Shown: positions 61,769 through 64,000 of the stretch, in pieces | How the letters are laid out: each line of letters begins with the position of its first letter | How positions within the stretch are numbered: the stretch's first letter is position 1 | Source: Synergistaceae bacterium | Lineage (GTDB): Bacteria; Synergistota; Synergistia; Synergistales; 79-D21 | Length of the DNA: 64,000 nt | NCBI GenBank assembly: GCA_029267465.1 | Contig: JAJUIT010000001.1 | Span: 2,589 to 66,588, forward strand | Reading direction: 5' to 3' | Position numbers and translations under genes: made by a program | The notes under the pieces: generated by a model | Database searches by the model: none | Told to the model about the DNA's origin: nothing | The model's input: only the letters and a program-made list of their open reading frames with translations

Positions 61769-62029
61769 ATGACCGCGCCAACCGACTGGAAAAAAGCTCC
61801 CGCAAGCCAGACCGTGTGTTATTGCAACAACGTGAACAAGGAACAGATCGTCCGGGCAATCGCGAAAGGCGCCGAGACCGTGGAAGACATCGCAAGATTG
61901 ACGGGTGCCGGCAAGGGAGGCGAGTGCGCCACAAAGAACCCCGCGGGGCGCTGCTGCTGCGCCGACATCCAGGCCCTGATCGACGCTTACCTTCCCGCGC
62001 TCAAGGCAATCAGGAGCGGGTGCACATGA
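61769..62029 (+). CDS. BFD-like [2Fe-2S]-binding domain protein
   Basis: CYCNNVNKEQIVRAIAKGAETVEDIARLTGAGKGGECATKNPAGRCCCADI follows the C-x-C...C...C pattern of the Fer2_BFD domain. ATG 61769 lies 8 nt after GAAGGAG. Confidence 0.6.
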   Translation: MTAPTDWKKAPASQTVCYCNNVNKEQIVRAIAKGAETVEDIARLTGAGKGGECATKNPAGRCCCADIQALIDAYLPALKAIRSGCT

Positions 62030-62144
62030 GGGGGCAATTGCTGAAAACGCGGCGGTCCGCCGCAGGCTCTCAAGAAACCCCGTAATTTCTGTCATCCAGT
62101 TTTGAAACAATCGACTCCACATTCAACAAGGAGGCATTCCCGAA

Positions 62145-63356
62145 ATGGCACAGGCCGCGAATAACGGTGACCGCAAGCTTACGAACGTGTTCGAACGCTA
62201 CCTGACGATCTGGGTGGCCCTCTGCATCGTGGGGGGCATCCTGCTGGGGAAACTGGCTCCCAACCTTGCCAAGGCCCTGGACGGCATGGCGATCTGGGTC
62301 AACGGGGCCCCCGTCGTATCGATTCCCATCGCCATCTGCCTGTTCTTCATGATGTACCCCATCATGGTGAAGATCGACTTCGCCCAGGTGATCCGGGCCG
62401 GCAAGTCAGGAAAGCCCGTTTTCCTGACCCTGTTCGTCAACTGGGCCATCAAGCCCTTCACCATGTACGCCATCGCGATCTTCTTCCTGGGTTTCCTGTT
62501 CAAGGGCTTCATCGGCCCAGACGCCGTGGACCTTGTCAAGATGCCCTTCGGGCTGAACCTGCCCGTGGGGGCGACTCACGGGGACGGCGTGGTTGTCCTC
62601 GTTAACGGCGTCAAACAGCTGCAGGTCCCCCTGTGGCGAAGCTACCTGGCCGGGGCCATTTTGCTCGGGATCGCCCCCTGCACGGCCATGGTGCTGGTTT
62701 GGGGCTACCTTGCCCGGGGCAACGACGGCCTGACCCTGGTGATGGTGGCCATCAACTCCCTGACGATGCTGGTCCTTTACGGCGTTCTCGGCGGGTTTCT
62801 CCTGGGGGTCGGGAGGCTTCCCGTTCCCTGGCAGGCGCTGGTGCTCTCCATCGCTATCTACGTGGCCCTTCCTCTCGTGGCGGGTTATTATTCGCGGAAA
62901 TGGATCATCGCTGCGAAGGGACTCACCTGGTTCACGGAGAAGTTCCTGCACATCCTCTCCCCCATCACGATCCTTGCCCTGCTGACGACGCTGGTGCTGC
63001 TTTTCAGCTTCAAGGGGGAGGTCATCGTGGCCAACCCGCTGACGATCCTGTGGATCGCGATCCCGCTTTTCCTCCAGACGATCCTGATCTTCGCTCTGGG
63101 CTACTGGGCAGCCAGGATCCTGAAGCTGCCCTACGAGGATGCGGCTCCCGCCGCGATGATCGGGGCCTCGAACCATTTCGAGGTGGCCATCGCCACCGCG
63201 ACGATGCTTTTCGGGCTTTCCAGCGGGGCGGCCCTGGCCACGGTGGTCGGGGTGCTCATCGAGGTGCCCGTGATGCTGATGCTGGTGCGCTTCTGCCTGA
63301 AGACGCGGGACTGGTTCGCCGCGCCCGAGAAGGCCTGCGTTCCTGAAAAGGCCTAA
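62145..63356 (+). CDS. acr3: ACR3-family arsenite efflux permease
   Basis: [31 protein letters not shown]...[21 protein letters not shown]...[20 protein letters not shown]. Confidence 0.9.
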   Translation: MAQAANNGDRKLTNVFERYLTIWVALCIVGGILLGKLAPNLAKALDGMAIWVNGAPVVSIPIAICLFFMMYPIMVKIDFAQVIRAGKSGKPVFLTLFVNWAIKPFTMYAIAIFFLGFLFKGFIGPDAVDLVKMPFGLNLPVGATHGDGVVVLVNGVKQLQVPLWRSYLAGAILLGIAPCTAMVLVWGYLARGNDGLTLVMVAINSLTMLVLYGVLGGFLLGVGRLPVPWQALVLSIAIYVALPLVAGYYSRKWIIAAKGLTWFTEKFLHILSPITILALLTTLVLLFSFKGEVIVANPLTILWIAIPLFLQTILIFALGYWAARILKLPYEDAAPAAMIGASNHFEVAIATATMLFGLSSGAALATVVGVLIEVPVMLMLVRFCLKTRDWFAAPEKACVPEKA

Positions 63357-63374
63357 GGGGAAGGAGTGACCGGA

Positions 63375-64000
63375 ATGTTTTCCAGGATTCTTGTGGCAAC
63401 CGACCTGTCCGAAGCTTCCGACCGCGTGGTCTGCGCCCTGGCAAGCCTGAAGGCCTGGGGTACCCGCGAGGCTGTCCTGGTCAACTGCTTCAACATCCGG
63501 GACGTTGGAAGCCTGGCGCCCGGCCTGATGGAACTTTACAAGCCCGCCTTCGAGAAACAGAAAAAGGTCCTCGAGGAAATGGGCTATAGCGTTACGGCCA
63601 AGATGGTTTTAGGTCTCCCGCAAATCGAGATTTCCCGGCAGGCCGAAGAGCACGATTGTTCCCTTATCGTCGTGGGTTCCCACGGCCACTCTTTCTCGAA
63701 GGACATCCTCCTCGGAGGGACGGCGAGCGCCGTCGTTCACAGCGCAACACGGCCGGTCCTGATCCTGCGCCTGGACGGCCACGACCCGGACCAGGAAGGC
63801 GCCGCCTGCAACTGCCTCGGGCACATCCTGTTTCCCACGGACTTTTCGGACAACGCCGAAAGAGCCTTTTCCTATGTCCGCAGGATCGTGGAGAGCGGGG
63901 CAAAATTCGTGACGCTTCTCCATGTGCAGGACAGGGAAAAAATTGAAAGGCACCTCAAGGATAAACTGGAGATGTTCAACGAGATCGACAGGAACCGGCT
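63375..64000 (+). CDS. Universal stress protein (tandem USP domains), 3' end outside window
   Basis: Not in the ORF track because it is open at the window end. My translation from ATG 63375 reads MFSRILVATDLSEASDRV...CSLIVVGSHGHSFSKDILLGGTASAVVHSATRPVLILR. A second domain begins ILFPTDFSDNAERAFSYV. Confidence 0.8.
   Translation, partial: MFSRILVATDLSEASDRVVCALASLKAWGTREAVLVNCFNIRDVGSLAPGLMELYKPAFEKQKKVLEEMGYSVTAKMVLGLPQIEISRQAEEHDCSLIVVGSHGHSFSKDILLGGTASAVVHSATRPVLILRLDGHDPDQEGAACNCLGHILFPTDFSDNAERAFSYVRRIVESGAKFVTLLHVQDREKIERHLKDKLEMFNEIDRNR

Noticed and set aside
62030-62144. GCGGCGG-T-CCGCCGC inverted repeat between the BFD-like gene and acr3 as a terminator
   Set aside because: The loop is too short, no T-run follows, and acr3 has its own RBS shortly after. 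It is probably not a functional terminator.

Overview
Visibly GC-rich bacterial chromosomal window (GC not computed) that is almost entirely flagellar and chemotaxis genes, about 60 of roughly 72 CDS. Genes are tightly packed, with many ATGA, GTGA, TTGA and TGATG start/stop overlaps. The flagellum is diderm-type, since flgH (L-ring), flgI (P-ring) and flgA are present. It also carries accessories typical of Firmicute, Thermotoga or spirochaete systems: fliW-csrA-flagellin, cheC/cheD/cheX, flhF/flhG, FapA(DUF342), a YvyF-like zinc ribbon, DUF327 and an MgtE_N/MotE-like protein.

Main transcription units as read from strand and spacing:
- (+) flgE-flgL-flhB
- (-) sigma70-family factor with cheW
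- (+) flaG-like, unknown 322 aa gene, cheB-cheC-cheD
- (-) flgA-flgH-flgI, rod-binding protein, flgN-like
- (+) flgK alone
- (-) fliL-fliM-fliD-fliK-like-fliS
- (-) cheX-fliP-fliQ-fliR
- (+) HD-GYP protein
- (-) two unknown genes, motE-like, flgB-flgC-flgF-fliN-cheR-flhF-flhG, 97 aa ORF, cheY
- (+) motA alone
- (-) fliA-fliE-fliF-fliG-fliH-fliI-fliJ-SLT-fapA-flhA-motB-yvyF-like-cheA-TPR protein
- (-) fliW-csrA then flagellin
- (+) secreted unknown protein, DUF327, flgG, cheW

The right end leaves the motility island: a dynamin-like GTPase, then arsR, a BFD-like gene, acr3 and a partial tandem USP gene.

I saw no rRNA, tRNA, CRISPR array, transposase or integrase.

Most notable observations:
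- All three distal axial proteins are greatly enlarged: flagellin 914 aa, FlgL 977 aa, FlgK 813 aa. The insertions are built from repeated flagellin-IN-like modules.
- Several uncharacterised genes sit inside flagellar or chemotaxis operons in translationally coupled positions.
- The stator genes motA and motB are split.
- A second sigma factor is encoded in the cluster.
- GGA-loop hairpins are candidate CsrA sites.
- A roughly 200 bp AT-rich island lies upstream of a fliA-led operon.

No clearly novel multi-gene system such as a defence island is evident. The novelty candidates are the uncharacterised flagellar-embedded genes and the axial-protein expansions. All homology calls were made by eye from motifs; no database searches were run.
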